Origin: an uncultured cyanobacterium
GTDB lineage: Bacteria > Cyanobacteriota > Cyanobacteriia > Cyanobacteriales > Nostocaceae
DNA length: 64,000 nucleotides
Assembly (NCBI GenBank): GCA_963706595.1
Contig: OY970166.1
Span: 5,248,001 to 5,312,000 of the forward strand
Reading direction: 5' to 3'
Shown piece after piece: positions 21,429 to 33,619 of the stretch. Within the stretch, counting starts at the first letter, position 1; every line of letters begins with the position of its first letter. The position numbers were made by a program, and so were the translations under genes. Under the pieces are notes generated by a model. That model saw only the letters and a program-made list of their open reading frames with translations. It did no database searches and was not told where the DNA came from.

Positions 21429-24400
21429 ATGATGCAAGCAATCAAAGGATATCAACTTTCTTTACAACAAAAACGACTGTGGCAATTACAGCAACAGAAT
21501 AATGGTGAATATTTTCGTCATCAAGTTGCAGTGCGATTACAGGGAAACTTAAATTTTGAAAAACTGCAAAAAGTTATTGCAAAAATTAGCCAGCAAACGG
21601 ATATTTTACGAACCATATTTCAAAAAAATGTGGGAATTAAATTTCCTTTCCAAGTAATTGCGGAGACAGGAAAATTACCTTGGGATTTTTGTAACTTAGA
21701 AGCTGTAATTGCAGATGATCAAACCCAAAAAATTGCAGAAATTTGGCATCAAGTAACTGCTGAACACCCATTCAAGGTAACTCTAATTAAGTTAGGGAAT
21801 GCTCAACATCTATTAATCATAACTCTGCCTGCTTTATGTGCAGATACAAAAACCTTAGACTTGCTAGTTAGTGCAATTCGGGATGGTTACGAAAACCTAT
21901 CATCTCTGGAGACGGAGAATATTATTCAGTATTTACAAGTCTCAGAATGGCAACATGAACTATTGGCTGAGACTGATAAAAGTTATTGGTTACAACCTCA
22001 ATTTAACCAGACATCGCAGCTAATACTACCCACTCAAACTGCATCCCCAACTGGAAATCAACAGGCTTATGATGCGGTTTTAGTGCCAGAAACACTGTCA
22101 GAAAAGTTAAAAATACAAGTTGATGATCTCGAAGATTGGCTGTTAACTACTTGGGTAGTTTTACTATGGCGATTAACCCAACAAACTGAAATTGTCATTA
22201 ACTATGGTAGCGACGGACGACCCTATGAGGAAATAGAGAAAACCTTGGGGACATTAAGTAAATGGCTACCCCTAAATGTTTCTTTGGCGGGGGCTTTAGA
22301 TTTTCAGGAATTGTTAGAACAAATTCAACTTCGTCGTCGGGAAATTTTAGACTGTCAAGATCAGTGGGACTGCAATCCACATTTAGAAGCAAATGTCAGT
22401 TTCGCTTTTCACGACTGGTCATTCCCTGGAGATGCAGATGGTGTTAGTTTCTCCCTAGAACGGTTACAAATCCAAGATTGTCCGGCGCAACTACAACTAG
22501 CTTGTCATCGGACGGACAAGGGTTTAATGCTGCAATTTCACTACAATTCTCAACAGTTCACACCCATAGCTATTGAACGTCTCCAAGAAGAATATTTTAC
22601 CCTCTTGGAAAGTAGTTTGAACCAGCCGAGAACTTCCATTGCTCATCTGAATGTTGTCGGTGAACAGGAACGTCAGCAATTACTTGTTAACTGGAATCAA
22701 ACACAACAAGACTTTGCTACTGAAGATTGTCTCCACGCAAGGATTACGCAACAAGCCCAAGCTACTCCTGGGGCAATCGCACTGCGGTTGGGAGAACAAT
22801 TCTTAACCTATCAGGAACTGAATGAACGCGCTAACCAACTTGCCCATTATCTGCAACAACAGGGTATCGGCACAGAAACCCTAGTGGGAATTTGTCTCGA
22901 ACGGTCTTTAGAAGGGATCATCAGCTTGTTGGCAATTCTCAAGGCGGGTGCTGCCTATGTTCCTCTTGATCCAGGAATGCCCCCACAACGGTTGTCTCTG
23001 ATGTTAGCAGATGCCCCAGTGGCACTGGTTTTAACCCAGTCTCAATGGTGTGACAAATTACCAGATACAGTGACTCAGGTGTGCTTAGATACCCAGTGGC
23101 GGATAATTGCGGAACAACCCACCCACAACCCAAACACAGAGGTGAAAATCCATCATCTGGCTTATGTCATCTTTACCTCCGGTTCTACGGGGAAACCGAA
23201 AGGTGTGGCGGTGGAACATCGTGGGATTATGAATTATGTCGATGGCATCATAGAACGGTTGCAACTTCCTCCAGGTGCGAGTTACGCCACAGTTTCGACT
23301 CTAGGGGCAGATTTAGGCAATACAGCAGTGTTTAGCGCCCTTTGTACGGGGGGAACCTTACACATCTTTTCCCAAGAACAGGTAAGTGATCCTGTTGCTT
23401 TTACTACCTATTGCCAGTCCTATCCCATTGATTGCCTGAAAATTGTTCCCTCTCATTTAGCCGTACTTTTATCTACAGGTAAGACAGAGGATATTCTCCC
23501 GAAACAGCAACTTATCTTAGGGGGAGAAGTGGCAACTTGGGATTTAATCGAGCAAGTGCGGGAAAATGCCCCGAATTGTCAAATTTTTAACCATTATGGT
23601 CCGACAGAAAGCACTATTGGGGTGTTGACCTATCTGGTGACAGAAAAAGTCCCTACCAGTAAAACTGTACCTTTGGGTCGCCCACTCCCAAATATCGAAA
23701 TTTATCTGTTGGATCAAAATTTACAGCCCGTTCCTATTGGTGTTCCTGGTGAAATCTATATTGGCGGTGCGGGATTAGCCAGAGGGTACTACAATCAGCC
23801 AGAATTAACTGCCCAGAGGTTTATTTCTCATCCCTTTCAGGAGAATTGCCGCCTTTATCAAACGGGAGATCAGGCTTGCTATCACCCTGATGGCACATTG
23901 GAATTTTTAGGGCGCGTTGACCAACAGATCAAAATTCGGGGTTTTCGCGTTGAACTAGGGGAAATTGAAGCTCAATTAAGGGAACATCCCCAGATTGAAG
24001 AAGCAGTAGTTGCCTATCGGACTGATGAGTGGAATGGCCAACATCTTGATGCTTATTTTGCCCCTGGTTGTTTGAGTGGTGAGGAAATTCGCAACTTTTT
24101 GCGCGATCGCATTCCAGAATACATGATTCCCAGCACATTCACACCCTTGTCAGTCTTACCCCGCACCGCCAGTGGCAAAGTAGATCGTCAGTCTTTACCT
24201 GCACCCAATCTCACCAACGAACAACAGGATTATATTGCTCCTCGTAATTCCATTGAAAGTGCGATCGTGGAGATTTTGTCCGAACTGTTGCACTTAGAAC
24301 AAGTCAGTATTAACGCTAACTTTTTTGATTTGGGGGGACATTCTCTGTTAGCCACCCAAGTCATGTCCCGCTTACGCAGTACTTTTGGAGTGGAAATTCC

Positions 24401-24518
24401 CCTGCGCTATCTCTTTGAAGCCCCAACCATCGCTGAATTAGCGGCACTGATTACCCAAGAACTTGCCCAACAAACTGATATGGAACAACTCTTATCCGAA
24501 TTGGAGGACGAATCATGA
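21429..24518 (+). CDS. NRPS module: interface-like C - A(Asp) - PCP
   Basis: C-like domain lacks HHxxxDG (LPALCAD instead). A-domain code read by eye is about DLTKIGHIGK (Asp). PCP GGHSL. Confidence 0.88.
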   Translation: MMQAIKGYQLSLQQKRLWQLQQQNNGEYFRHQVAVRLQGNLNFEKLQKVIAKISQQTDILRTIFQKNVGIKFPFQVIAETGKLPWDFCNLEAVIADDQTQKIAEIWHQVTAEHPFKVTLIKLGNAQHLLIITLPALCADTKTLDLLVSAIRDGYENLSSLETENIIQYLQVSEWQHELLAETDKSYWLQPQFNQTSQLILPTQTASPTGNQQAYDAVLVPETLSEKLKIQVDDLEDWLLTTWVVLLWRLTQQTEIVINYGSDGRPYEEIEKTLGTLSKWLPLNVSLAGALDFQELLEQIQLRRREILDCQDQWDCNPHLEANVSFAFHDWSFPGDADGVSFSLERLQIQDCPAQLQLACHRTDKGLMLQFHYNSQQFTPIAIERLQEEYFTLLESSLNQPRTSIAHLNVVGEQERQQLLVNWNQTQQDFATEDCLHARITQQAQATPGAIALRLGEQFLTYQELNERANQLAHYLQQQGIGTETLVGICLERSLEGIISLLAILKAGAAYVPLDPGMPPQRLSLMLADAPVALVLTQSQWCDKLPDTVTQVCLDTQWRIIAEQPTHNPNTEVKIHHLAYVIFTSGSTGKPKGVAVEHRGIMNYVDGIIERLQLPPGASYATVSTLGADLGNTAVFSALCTGGTLHIFSQEQVSDPVAFTTYCQSYPIDCLKIVPSHLAVLLSTGKTEDILPKQQLILGGEVATWDLIEQVRENAPNCQIFNHYGPTESTIGVLTYLVTEKVPTSKTVPLGRPLPNIEIYLLDQNLQPVPIGVPGEIYIGGAGLARGYYNQPELTAQRFISHPFQENCRLYQTGDQACYHPDGTLEFLGRVDQQIKIRGFRVELGEIEAQLREHPQIEEAVVAYRTDEWNGQHLDAYFAPGCLSGEEIRNFLRDRIPEYMIPSTFTPLSVLPRTASGKVDRQSLPAPNLTNEQQDYIAPRNSIESAIVEILSELLHLEQVSINANFFDLGGHSLLATQVMSRLRSTFGVEIPLRYLFEAPTIAELAALITQELAQQTDMEQLLSELEDES

Positions 24519-27500
24519 CCCCATCTGATCTCGCCCAACGCATCGCCTCCCTTCCCCCTGAAAAACAACAACAGCTATTACAACGATTACAACAGCAAAA
24601 ACAAACCAGTAACAATATTCCCCCACAACCCCGCACTGCCAGTAATGCTTTCCCCCTTTCTTTCTCCCAACAACGTCTGTGGTTTCTGCATCAACTAGAA
24701 CGAAATAATGCCTTTTATAATGTCCCTGGGGCAGTGCAAATTGACGGTAAGCTAGATGTCACTCTGCTGCAACAATGTTTTGCAGAGATTGTTTCTCGCC
24801 ATGAACTTCTTCGCACCCACTTTGAATTGCAGGGAGAGGAACCAAAGCAGGTAATTAATCCATCGTCAGAATTGACGATTCCCATCACGGATTTACAATC
24901 CCTGTTGGTAGCAGAACGCCAGCCAGAAATTCACAGACTAATTCAGGCAGAAGCCAGTAAACCATTTGACCTTTCCCAAGCCCCATTATTACGGATAAGT
25001 TTGCTCCGGTTACACCCCCAGCAACATATTCTGATATTTATCCTGCATCATATTGTCTCTGATGCTTGGTCACGGGGTGTGATGCTCCAGGAATTTACCG
25101 CCCTGTATAATAGTTTGCGCCAGAAACAGGCAATTCGCTTACCAGAATTACCAATTCAATATGCCGATTTCGCTGTTTGGCAACGGCAAAGATTAGAACA
25201 ACACGGCTTACAACAACAACTAGCCTATTGGCAAAAACAACTGTCTCCTTTGCCACCAGTTCTGGAATTACCCTGTGATTATCCCCGTCAAGAGGTGCAA
25301 ACCTTTAGCGGTGGACAAGTAAAACTGACGCTTTGTGATCAGTTAACCACACAACTACAAACCCTGAGCCAACGGGAAAATGTTACCCTGTTTATGACTC
25401 TGTTGCTAGGGTGGCAGATTTTACTCTCTCGTTACACAGGACAAACGGATATTACAGTCGGTTGCCCCATTGCTAATCGTAACCGTCCAGAAATTGAAAA
25501 TTTAATCGGCTTTTTTACCAATACTTTGGTCTTACGGACTGATTTAGCTAATAACCCCAGTTTCTCAGAAGCTTTACAAAGGGTGCGGGAAACCGCTTTA
25601 TCCGCCTATTCCCATCAAGATATTCCCTTTGAAAAATTAGTAGAAGTATTACAACCTGAACGCGATCTGAGTCGCCCTCCCTTATTTCAGGTGATGTTTG
25701 CCTTCCACGACTTGCCCATTTTACCTAACCTGCCCGATTTAGAACTCACTCTCCTAAATGCTGACAGTGGCACTGCAAAGTTTGATTTAAGTTTACTGAT
25801 GCGGTTAGATGCCGAGGAGGGTTTAATAGGAGTCTGGGAATATAACAGCGATCTGTTTGCTGAGGAAACTGTAGTGCGGATGGCGCAGCAGTTCCAGATT
25901 TTACTGCAAAATTTGGTCAAACATCCAGAAGAACAGATTACGAAAGTACCTCTTCTGACTCCAACCGAAGCACAAAACTTTGCCAGTTGGAATCATACAG
26001 CCGTTAATTATCCCCATGAATGTGTTCATCACTGCTTTACGGAACAAGTAGCAAAAACCCCTGAGCAAATTGCCCTGATTGCTGGGGAACAGCATTTGAC
26101 ATACCAAATTCTCAATCAATACGCAAATCAACTAGCCGATTACCTGAAAAAACAGGGGATTCAAGCTCACGATGTAGTGGGGATTAGTTTATTCCGAAAT
26201 CATTTCCTCCCCATTGCCGTGTTAGCGATACTCAAAGTTGGTGCGGCTTATGTTCCACTCGATCCAAATTATCCATTAGATCGTCTGGCATTTATGTTAG
26301 AGGATTCCCAGGCGAAAGTAGTATTAACCCATTCTGACATCAGCCCACAGTTACCCATATCAGCACCCACTATAGAAATAGATAGGCACTGGGATGAAAT
26401 TCTCCAGCGATCGCCGGAAAATCCACAAACCCTGATCACCGATGAGGCACTAGCTTACATTATCTATACCTCTGGATCAACTGGCAAACCGAAAGGTGTA
26501 GCCATGCCCCATCGTTCCCTTAACAATCTGATTAATTGGCAACGAAACCAGTCCCCATTGGGAATGAAAACCCTACAGTTTGCCTCACTCAGCTTTGATG
26601 TGTCTTTCCAAGAGTGCTTTGCCACTTGGAGTAGTGGGGGAACGTTAGTCATGATTTCCGAAGACCAAAGGCGCGATCCCGATCAGCTATTAGCAATCAT
26701 CAATGCACAAAATATTGAGCGGTTATTTCTGCCCTTTGTTGCTCTTTGTCAGTTAGCAGAATCTGCTCAACATCTGGGTTTATTTCCCTCGTCCTTAAAA
26801 GAGGTGATCACTGCTGGGGAACAGTTACAGATTACCCCAGTTATTCGCAGCTTTTTTCAACAACTCCCACACTGTCAATTAGTTAATCAATATGGTCCTT
26901 CCGAAACCCATGTTGTGACTGCTTATCGAATGACAGGTAATCCAGAAAATTGGCCTCAGTTACCACCTATTGGGACTCCGGTGGCAAATGTCCAAGTTTA
27001 TCTCCTCGATTGCCATCAAAATCGAGTTCCGGTTGGGGTGGCGGGGGAAATTTATATTGGTGGTATGGCAACAGCCAGAGGGTATTTAAACCGTCCTGAG
27101 TTAACCGCAAACCGTTTTCTTGATCATCCATTAGCTGATTCTCTGCTTTATAAAACTGGAGATTTAGCCCGCTATCTTCCCGATGGCAATTTGCAATACT
27201 TAGGACGGCAGGATCACCAAGTCAAAGTCCGGGGGTTTCGGATTGAACTGGGAGAAGTTGAGGCAGTTTTAGCTCAACATAGCGCGATCGCACACACAGC
27301 AGTAACAGTCAAAACTGATGACTCAGGAAGTTCCAGTCTCATTGCCTATATCGTTACTAATACTGAAGTCACTCATGAGGAATTACGACAATTTCTCAGT
27401 AAACAACTCCCCAACTACAGCATTCCTTCACAATTTGTGATTCTCGATGTCTTGCCCTTAACGCCCAGTGGCAAAGTAGATCGTCGGTCTCTCCCACAAA

Positions 27501-27865
27501 TACAAATGGCAAGACCAGAATTAACCACTACCTATACTGCACCTACTTCCACATTAGAACAGCAAATTGCAGATATCTGGCAAGACCTTCTGCAAATGGA
27601 CAAAGTGGGAATCCACGATAACTTTTTTGATTTGGGGGGACACTCTTTACTAATTATACGGGCGCGGAGTCGCTTAGAAGCCCTTCTCCAACGGGAAATT
27701 CCCCTCGTTACCCTATTTCAATATTCCACAATTCATGCTTTAGCAACTGAGCTAAATCAGCAATCTCCAAGCAATTCTCACTGGCAAGAAACCGCCAACC
27801 GGGGGCAAAAACGCGCCCAATTGATGGAACAACAACGCCAGCGTCGTCGAGGAAACAGAAATTAA
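24515..27865 (+). CDS. NRPS module: C - A(Pro-like) - PCP
   Basis: HHIVSDAWS. A-domain code read by eye is about DVQFIAQVVK, close to the Pro code DVQFIAHVVK. PCP GGHSL. Confidence 0.88.
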   Translation: MTPSDLAQRIASLPPEKQQQLLQRLQQQKQTSNNIPPQPRTASNAFPLSFSQQRLWFLHQLERNNAFYNVPGAVQIDGKLDVTLLQQCFAEIVSRHELLRTHFELQGEEPKQVINPSSELTIPITDLQSLLVAERQPEIHRLIQAEASKPFDLSQAPLLRISLLRLHPQQHILIFILHHIVSDAWSRGVMLQEFTALYNSLRQKQAIRLPELPIQYADFAVWQRQRLEQHGLQQQLAYWQKQLSPLPPVLELPCDYPRQEVQTFSGGQVKLTLCDQLTTQLQTLSQRENVTLFMTLLLGWQILLSRYTGQTDITVGCPIANRNRPEIENLIGFFTNTLVLRTDLANNPSFSEALQRVRETALSAYSHQDIPFEKLVEVLQPERDLSRPPLFQVMFAFHDLPILPNLPDLELTLLNADSGTAKFDLSLLMRLDAEEGLIGVWEYNSDLFAEETVVRMAQQFQILLQNLVKHPEEQITKVPLLTPTEAQNFASWNHTAVNYPHECVHHCFTEQVAKTPEQIALIAGEQHLTYQILNQYANQLADYLKKQGIQAHDVVGISLFRNHFLPIAVLAILKVGAAYVPLDPNYPLDRLAFMLEDSQAKVVLTHSDISPQLPISAPTIEIDRHWDEILQRSPENPQTLITDEALAYIIYTSGSTGKPKGVAMPHRSLNNLINWQRNQSPLGMKTLQFASLSFDVSFQECFATWSSGGTLVMISEDQRRDPDQLLAIINAQNIERLFLPFVALCQLAESAQHLGLFPSSLKEVITAGEQLQITPVIRSFFQQLPHCQLVNQYGPSETHVVTAYRMTGNPENWPQLPPIGTPVANVQVYLLDCHQNRVPVGVAGEIYIGGMATARGYLNRPELTANRFLDHPLADSLLYKTGDLARYLPDGNLQYLGRQDHQVKVRGFRIELGEVEAVLAQHSAIAHTAVTVKTDDSGSSSLIAYIVTNTEVTHEELRQFLSKQLPNYSIPSQFVILDVLPLTPSGKVDRRSLPQIQMARPELTTTYTAPTSTLEQQIADIWQDLLQMDKVGIHDNFFDLGGHSLLIIRARSRLEALLQREIPLVTLFQYSTIHALATELNQQSPSNSHWQETANRGQKRAQLMEQQRQRRRGNRN

Positions 27866-27880
27866 TACTCACAAACAGAA

Positions 27881-30800
27881 ATGACAAACGATATTGCAAT
27901 TATTGGCATGAGCGGACGTTTCCCAGGTGCGAGTAGCATAGATGAGTTCTGGGAAAATCTCAAACAGGGAAAAGAAGCAATTACCCCCTTAAGCGATGAA
28001 CAGTTAAACCAAGGGGGAATTAGTCCGAATATTTATCAACAGCCCAACTATGTTAAAGCTGCACCCATTCTCAAAGATGATATTGCTGCCTTTGATGCAG
28101 ACTTCTTTGGTTATAGTCCCAGAGAAGCCGAAAGGAGTGACCCTCAACAACGCTTATTTTTGGAAGTAGCCTGGGAAGCTCTGGAAAATGCAGGTTGTCA
28201 CCATAAAACCTCTTCAGCCCGAATTGGCGTATTTGGTGGGGTAGGACGCAATACCTATCTTTTATTTAATCTGTACCACCAACTACATCAACTGGATTCT
28301 ATTGGGGCATTTCAAACCTTAATTGGTAATGATAAGGATTTTTTATCCACGCGCATCTCCTATTTATTAAATCTCACTGGCCCTAGTGTTACCATTCAAA
28401 CCGCTTGTTCTACTTCCCTTGTTGCTGTCCATACTGCCGTCTCTAGTTTACTCAGTGGCGAAAGTGATATTGCCCTAGCCGGGGGCGTTTCTTTAAAAGT
28501 TCCCCATATCGCAGGTTATCACTATCAACAAGGAGGCATATATTCCCCTGATGGTCACTGTCGCAGTTTTGATGCCCAAGCTCAAGGAACAGTGGGTGGT
28601 AGTGGTGCAGGAATAGTAGTTCTCAAACGCTTAGAAGATGCCCAGGCGGATGGCAATACCATTTATGCGGTAATTAAAGGGTCAGCCGTGAATAACGATG
28701 GATCAGCCAAGGTGGGTTACACCGCCCCCAGTGTTACAGGTCAAGCCAGTGCGATTCGGGAAGCCTTATTTGTGGCTGACATTGATCCTAGTACCATTCA
28801 ATATATCGAAACTCACGGTACAGCCACCCCATTAGGCGACCCCATTGAAGTCCAAGCACTGACTGAGGCTTTTCAAACCAGTACCCAACAGAAAAGATTT
28901 TGCGCTTTAGGGTCAGTTAAAAGTACCTGTGGGACATCTTGATGCCGCAGCAGGGGTGACAGGACTGATTAAAACTGTTCTGGCTCTCTATCATCAGGCA
29001 ATTCCGCCCAGTTTACATTTTCAACAACCGAACCCAGAAATTGATTTTGAGCATAGCCCGTTCTTTGTGAATACGACGCTAACACCTTGGCAACGCCAAG
29101 AAACGCCCCGGCGGGCAGGTGTGAGTGCCTTTGGCATTGGGGGAACCAATGCTCATGTAGTTTTAGAAGAAGCCCCAACGCCCTTTCCTAGTAGTGAATC
29201 TCGTCCTTGGCAATTACTGCTGATTTCAGCCAAAACTGCAACCGCCCTCACTAAGGCAACTGAGAACCTTGCCCAACATCTTACCAATCATCCTGATTTG
29301 AAACTCGCAGATGTTGCTTATACCCTCAACACTGGTCGTCAGGCATTTCCCTATCGAGGAATGGTAGTTTGTGCGGATTCAGCTTCAGCTATCACCCATT
29401 TGCAAGGTACAAATTCTCACTATTGCCCTGACAAATCTCCTGTGTTAACCTTTCTCTTCCCAGGACAGGGTACACAGTTTGTCAATATGGGGCGAGACTT
29501 ATATCAATCCGAATCTGTGTTTCGAGAACATCTGGATGCAGGATTAGAAAAACTCCAATCATTACTTAATCTCGATTTACGCCAAATTTTTTATCCTCCC
29601 CAGGGAAAAGAAGCTGCGGCACAAGCTCAATTAACGCAAACTAATATCACACAACCAGCGTTATTTATTTTTGAGTATGCTTTAGCCCGTCTCTGGCAAT
29701 CTTGGGGAATCCAGCCCCAAGCCATGATCGGACATAGTATTGGAGAGTATGTAGCAGCCTGTTTGGCTGATGTTCTTGCCTTTGCTGATGGGTTGTGCTT
29801 GGTGGTGCGACGCGCTCAATTAATGCAGTCGTTACCCACAGGAAAAATGTTGAGTGTGACGGCATCGGCTGTTGAAATTGCACCGTTATTGGGGGATGAT
29901 TTGACATTAGCGGCGATTAATGCTCCGCAATTGTGTGTAGTTTCCGGTGCAGAAAAGGCGATCGCCTCATTCCAGTCTCAATTAAACGCCAAAGGAATCA
30001 ACAATCATCTTCTGCATACATCCCATGCCTTTCATTCTCCGATGATGAACGCCATCTTGGAGAAATTTACAGATGAAGTCACAAAAGTTAAGTTAAATCC
30101 ACCGAAAATTCCTTTTATTTCTAACCTGACTGGAACTTGGATTACAAATGACCAAGCCACTAATCCCGCATACTGGGCAAAACAACTCCGCCACACAGTT
30201 CAGTTTGCCACTGGTGTTCAGGAACTCTTGCAACAAGAACGCTTATTCTTGGAAGTAGGCCCCGGAATTACCTTGAGTACGTTAGTCAAACAGCAACGGA
30301 CAACGGCAAAAGTAATCCATTCCATCCCTCACCCCAAAGCTAAAACGTCTGATAACGAGCAGATTTTACACGCCTTGGGAGAATTGTGGTTAAACGGAGT
30401 TTACCCTGATTGGTCAGAGTTTTATGCTCAACAAAAACGACAACTGCTTCCTTTACCCACCTATCCCTTTCAACGTCAGCGTTATTGGATTGATCCACCA
30501 AACACTCCAGCCGATCAAATATCTTCTCAAGCAAAACTTCGCAAAAATGACAATCTTAGCGAGTGGTTTTATGTTCCTTCTTGGAAAAGAGAACTGTTAC
30601 CCTTCCGAGAAAATCCCATCTCAACCACATCTTGGTTAATCTTTCTCGATGGGATGGGCTTAGGAGAAAGCATTGCCCAACGTTTGCAACAAAAGGGATA
30701 CACGGTTATCACTGTTCAACCCGGTAAAACCTTTACTCAACTCAAAGAACAGTCTTACGAAATTAATCCGGATACACGACAAGACTACGAAACCCTTTTT

Positions 30801-32498
30801 AGTACCCTAGCGCAACAGGATCAATTACCCCAACAACTTCTGCATCTGTGGAATGTCAACCAAAACTCTCAGCCAGCAGAAGAGTGCTTTTTTCAGTTGC
30901 TGTTTTTAGCCCAAGCCTTGGGTAAACAGAAGTTATCAAACAAGCTATTACTAACGGTGATCACCAGTCAACTGTACGATATTATCGGCACAGAAACTTT
31001 GTCTCCTGAAAAAGCCACGGTAGAGGGAATTTGTAAAGTGATTCCCCAAGAGTATCCGCAACTTCCCTGTCGCCTCATTGATCTTGATTTAACAGCGTTA
31101 AATGAACAGCAAGAATCTCTCGGTGAACAGTTAGTAGCAGAAGTTACAACTGAAAAAATATCAAGTGGCAATATTGCCTATCGTAACGGACATCGCTGGC
31201 GACAAACCTTTGATGCCATTTCTCTCACGACGCAGACTCATTCTTTGATTCGGGAGGGAGGTGTTTATTTGTTGACAGGGGGATTAGGGGGAATCGGTTT
31301 AGCTTTAGCTGAGATGATTGCAGCACACCCCAACATTAAACTCGTTTTAGTCAGTCGTTCGGGATTACCGGATCGCCGAGAGTGGCAAGATTGGCTAACT
31401 ACAGAAGCAGCAGAAAAAACTATCACCGACAAAATCCGGCGAGTGCAAGCCTTGGAAGCAAAGGGTGCGGAAGTTTTGGTTTTAGCGGCCGATGTTAGCG
31501 ATCGCACAGCGATGACAACAGCAATTCAAGAAGCGGAAGCACATTTTGGCATCATTAATGGCTTGATTCACACTGCTGGTATTCCTGGGGGAGGTATTAT
31601 CCAACTCAAAACTCCAGAAACAGCAGCAACCGTCCTCTCAGCAAAAGTACAAGGTACGCGCATCCTCAATGATTGCTTTGAGGATAAACCCCTAGATTTT
31701 ATGATTCTTAATTCATCTCTTAGTTCCATTATGGGGGGTGTGGGTCAAGTGGACTATTGTGCTGCCAATGCATTTCTTGACAGTTTCGCCCATTATCGTA
31801 CCCACCGTAAACATCAACTCACCCTTGCCATTAATTGGGACACTTGGCAGGAAGTGGGAATGGCTGTCAACACCACTATTCCCGAAAAGTTGCAAAAATT
31901 ACGTCAGGAAGGTCTAGAACTGGGTATTTCCCCTCAAGAAGGACAAGAAGCCTTCCGCCGCCTCTTAGGATTATCCTCTCCTCAAGTGATTGTCTGTACC
32001 AAAGATTTAACTACAGTCATTCAACGCCGTTCAACTCCCCAATCTCTGGAACAATTAGTCACACTCACCTCCCAAGAAGAGCAAGTTCGGCAACTACCTA
32101 CCTATCCCCGTCCTCATCTTCATGTTCCTTATGTCCCTCCTCGTAACCCAACGGAAACAATTATCGCTGCAACTTGGCAAAGATTTCTGGGAATTGAAAA
32201 AGTGGGAATGGATGATGACTTTTTTGAATTAGGTGGTCATTCTCTATTAGCAACGGAAATTATCTCCACATTGCGCGATCAATTTCAACAAGAACTTCCT
32301 TTAAATTACTTATTTGAAGTATCTACTGTGGCTGGATTAGCGTCCATGATCACCAAAACAGACAGTACTGGTTTGCAAAATATCCAACCTACCCAAGTAG
32401 ATGAGACTCAAAATCTGCTATTGGAACTCAATGAACTATCTACTAATGAAGTAGATTCTCTACTCAACCAAATTTTAACCAGTGATCAACATGACTAA
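27881..32498 (+). pseudogene. PKS module KS-AT-KR-ACP split by a +1 frameshift near 28928
   Basis: The KS motif GSVKS-x-VGHLDAAAG is broken between ORFs 27881-28942 and 28929-32498 (AAA AGT ACC T GTG GGA CAT). AT GHSIG/HAFHS, KR GGLGGIG and YCAAN, carrier GGHSL. Confidence 0.82.
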
Positions 32499-33252
32499 CG
32501 TTTCTACAGATATTGTTCTAGACCAATGGTTTAAACCATTACCTGCTAATCCCCAAGCTGATCTCCGTTTATTTTGCTTTCCTTATGCTGGGGGAAGCGC
32601 ACAAATTTTTCGCCCTTGGTCAAATCAACTATCAAATATGCTGGAGGTTTATCCGATTGAGTTACCTGGACACGGACGGCGACGTAAAGAAACTCCTTTT
32701 CGAGATTTCCAGACTCTGCTAAACGCAATAGTCCCTGTGATTATCCCTGATCTGGACAAACCTTTTGCCTTCTTTGGTCACAGCATGGGGGCATTGATTG
32801 CCTTTGAACTTGCTTGTAAACTACGTGATCAAGGTCAACCTCTACCTAGTCATCTGTTTGTTTCCGGTCGTCGCGCCCCGCAACTGCAAGACAAAAATCC
32901 ACCCACATACAACCTAACTGATGAAGAACTAGTGAAGAAGTTGCACTGGTTAAAAGGAACATCCTCAAGCCTTCTCGATGACCCAGAAATGATGCAACTG
33001 ATGTTGCCGATTTTGCGAGCTGATTTTACTGTGTGTGAAACTTACCAATATATAAAAAAAGCCCCTCTTCCTTGTCCCATCACCGCTTTTGGAGGATGGC
33101 GCGATCCGGCGAGTCGTAGAGGTGGTTTGCAAGGATGGCGAGAACACACAACTGCTAATTTCACGAAGAAAACTTTTCCTGGAAATCATTTTTTCTTACA
33201 CTCCGCCCAAACCCACCTGCTGAAGTTTCTCAATCAGCAATTAATGAAGTGA
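32482..33252 (+). CDS. Stand-alone type II thioesterase (likely ATG start at 32491)
   Basis: LFCFPYAGG, GHSMG, GNHFF. Confidence 0.9.
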   Translation: MINMTNVSTDIVLDQWFKPLPANPQADLRLFCFPYAGGSAQIFRPWSNQLSNMLEVYPIELPGHGRRRKETPFRDFQTLLNAIVPVIIPDLDKPFAFFGHSMGALIAFELACKLRDQGQPLPSHLFVSGRRAPQLQDKNPPTYNLTDEELVKKLHWLKGTSSSLLDDPEMMQLMLPILRADFTVCETYQYIKKAPLPCPITAFGGWRDPASRRGGLQGWREHTTANFTKKTFPGNHFFLHSAQTHLLKFLNQQLMK

Positions 33253-33540
33253 TGTCTAAAAATACTTGACAGTAGATAGCAATACTGAAATAATGAGATA
33301 TGTAATAGCTAAGAAAAACTATTAATATCTCAAACAGTAATTCCTGCATATCCTAGTTGGGTGTGTTGCTCAATCGTGAAAAAAAATATTGAAGTACCGA
33401 TGAGTGCGATCGCACTAATTTTCTTCGATTTATGCCCATATTCAGAGTATTTTGAGTTAAATATCTCTGATATTGGGGTTAACGGATACCCATTTCTAGA
33501 TTTAGTTCTGGGGTGTAAATTTCTGCCAATCTTGACTTTT

Positions 33541-33592
33541 TATTGAGATTATATCTTGATAATGTGTTTATTGGTTGATAAATATTTTCAAT
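33541..33592. promoter_or_regulatory. Two putative Fur boxes upstream of the TonB-dependent receptor
   Basis: TATTGAGA-TTATA-TCTTGATA and TTGATAAATATTTTCAA palindromes. Confidence 0.55.
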
Positions 33593-33619
33593 TTATAAAA
33601 AACTAAGCATTCAGTAACT

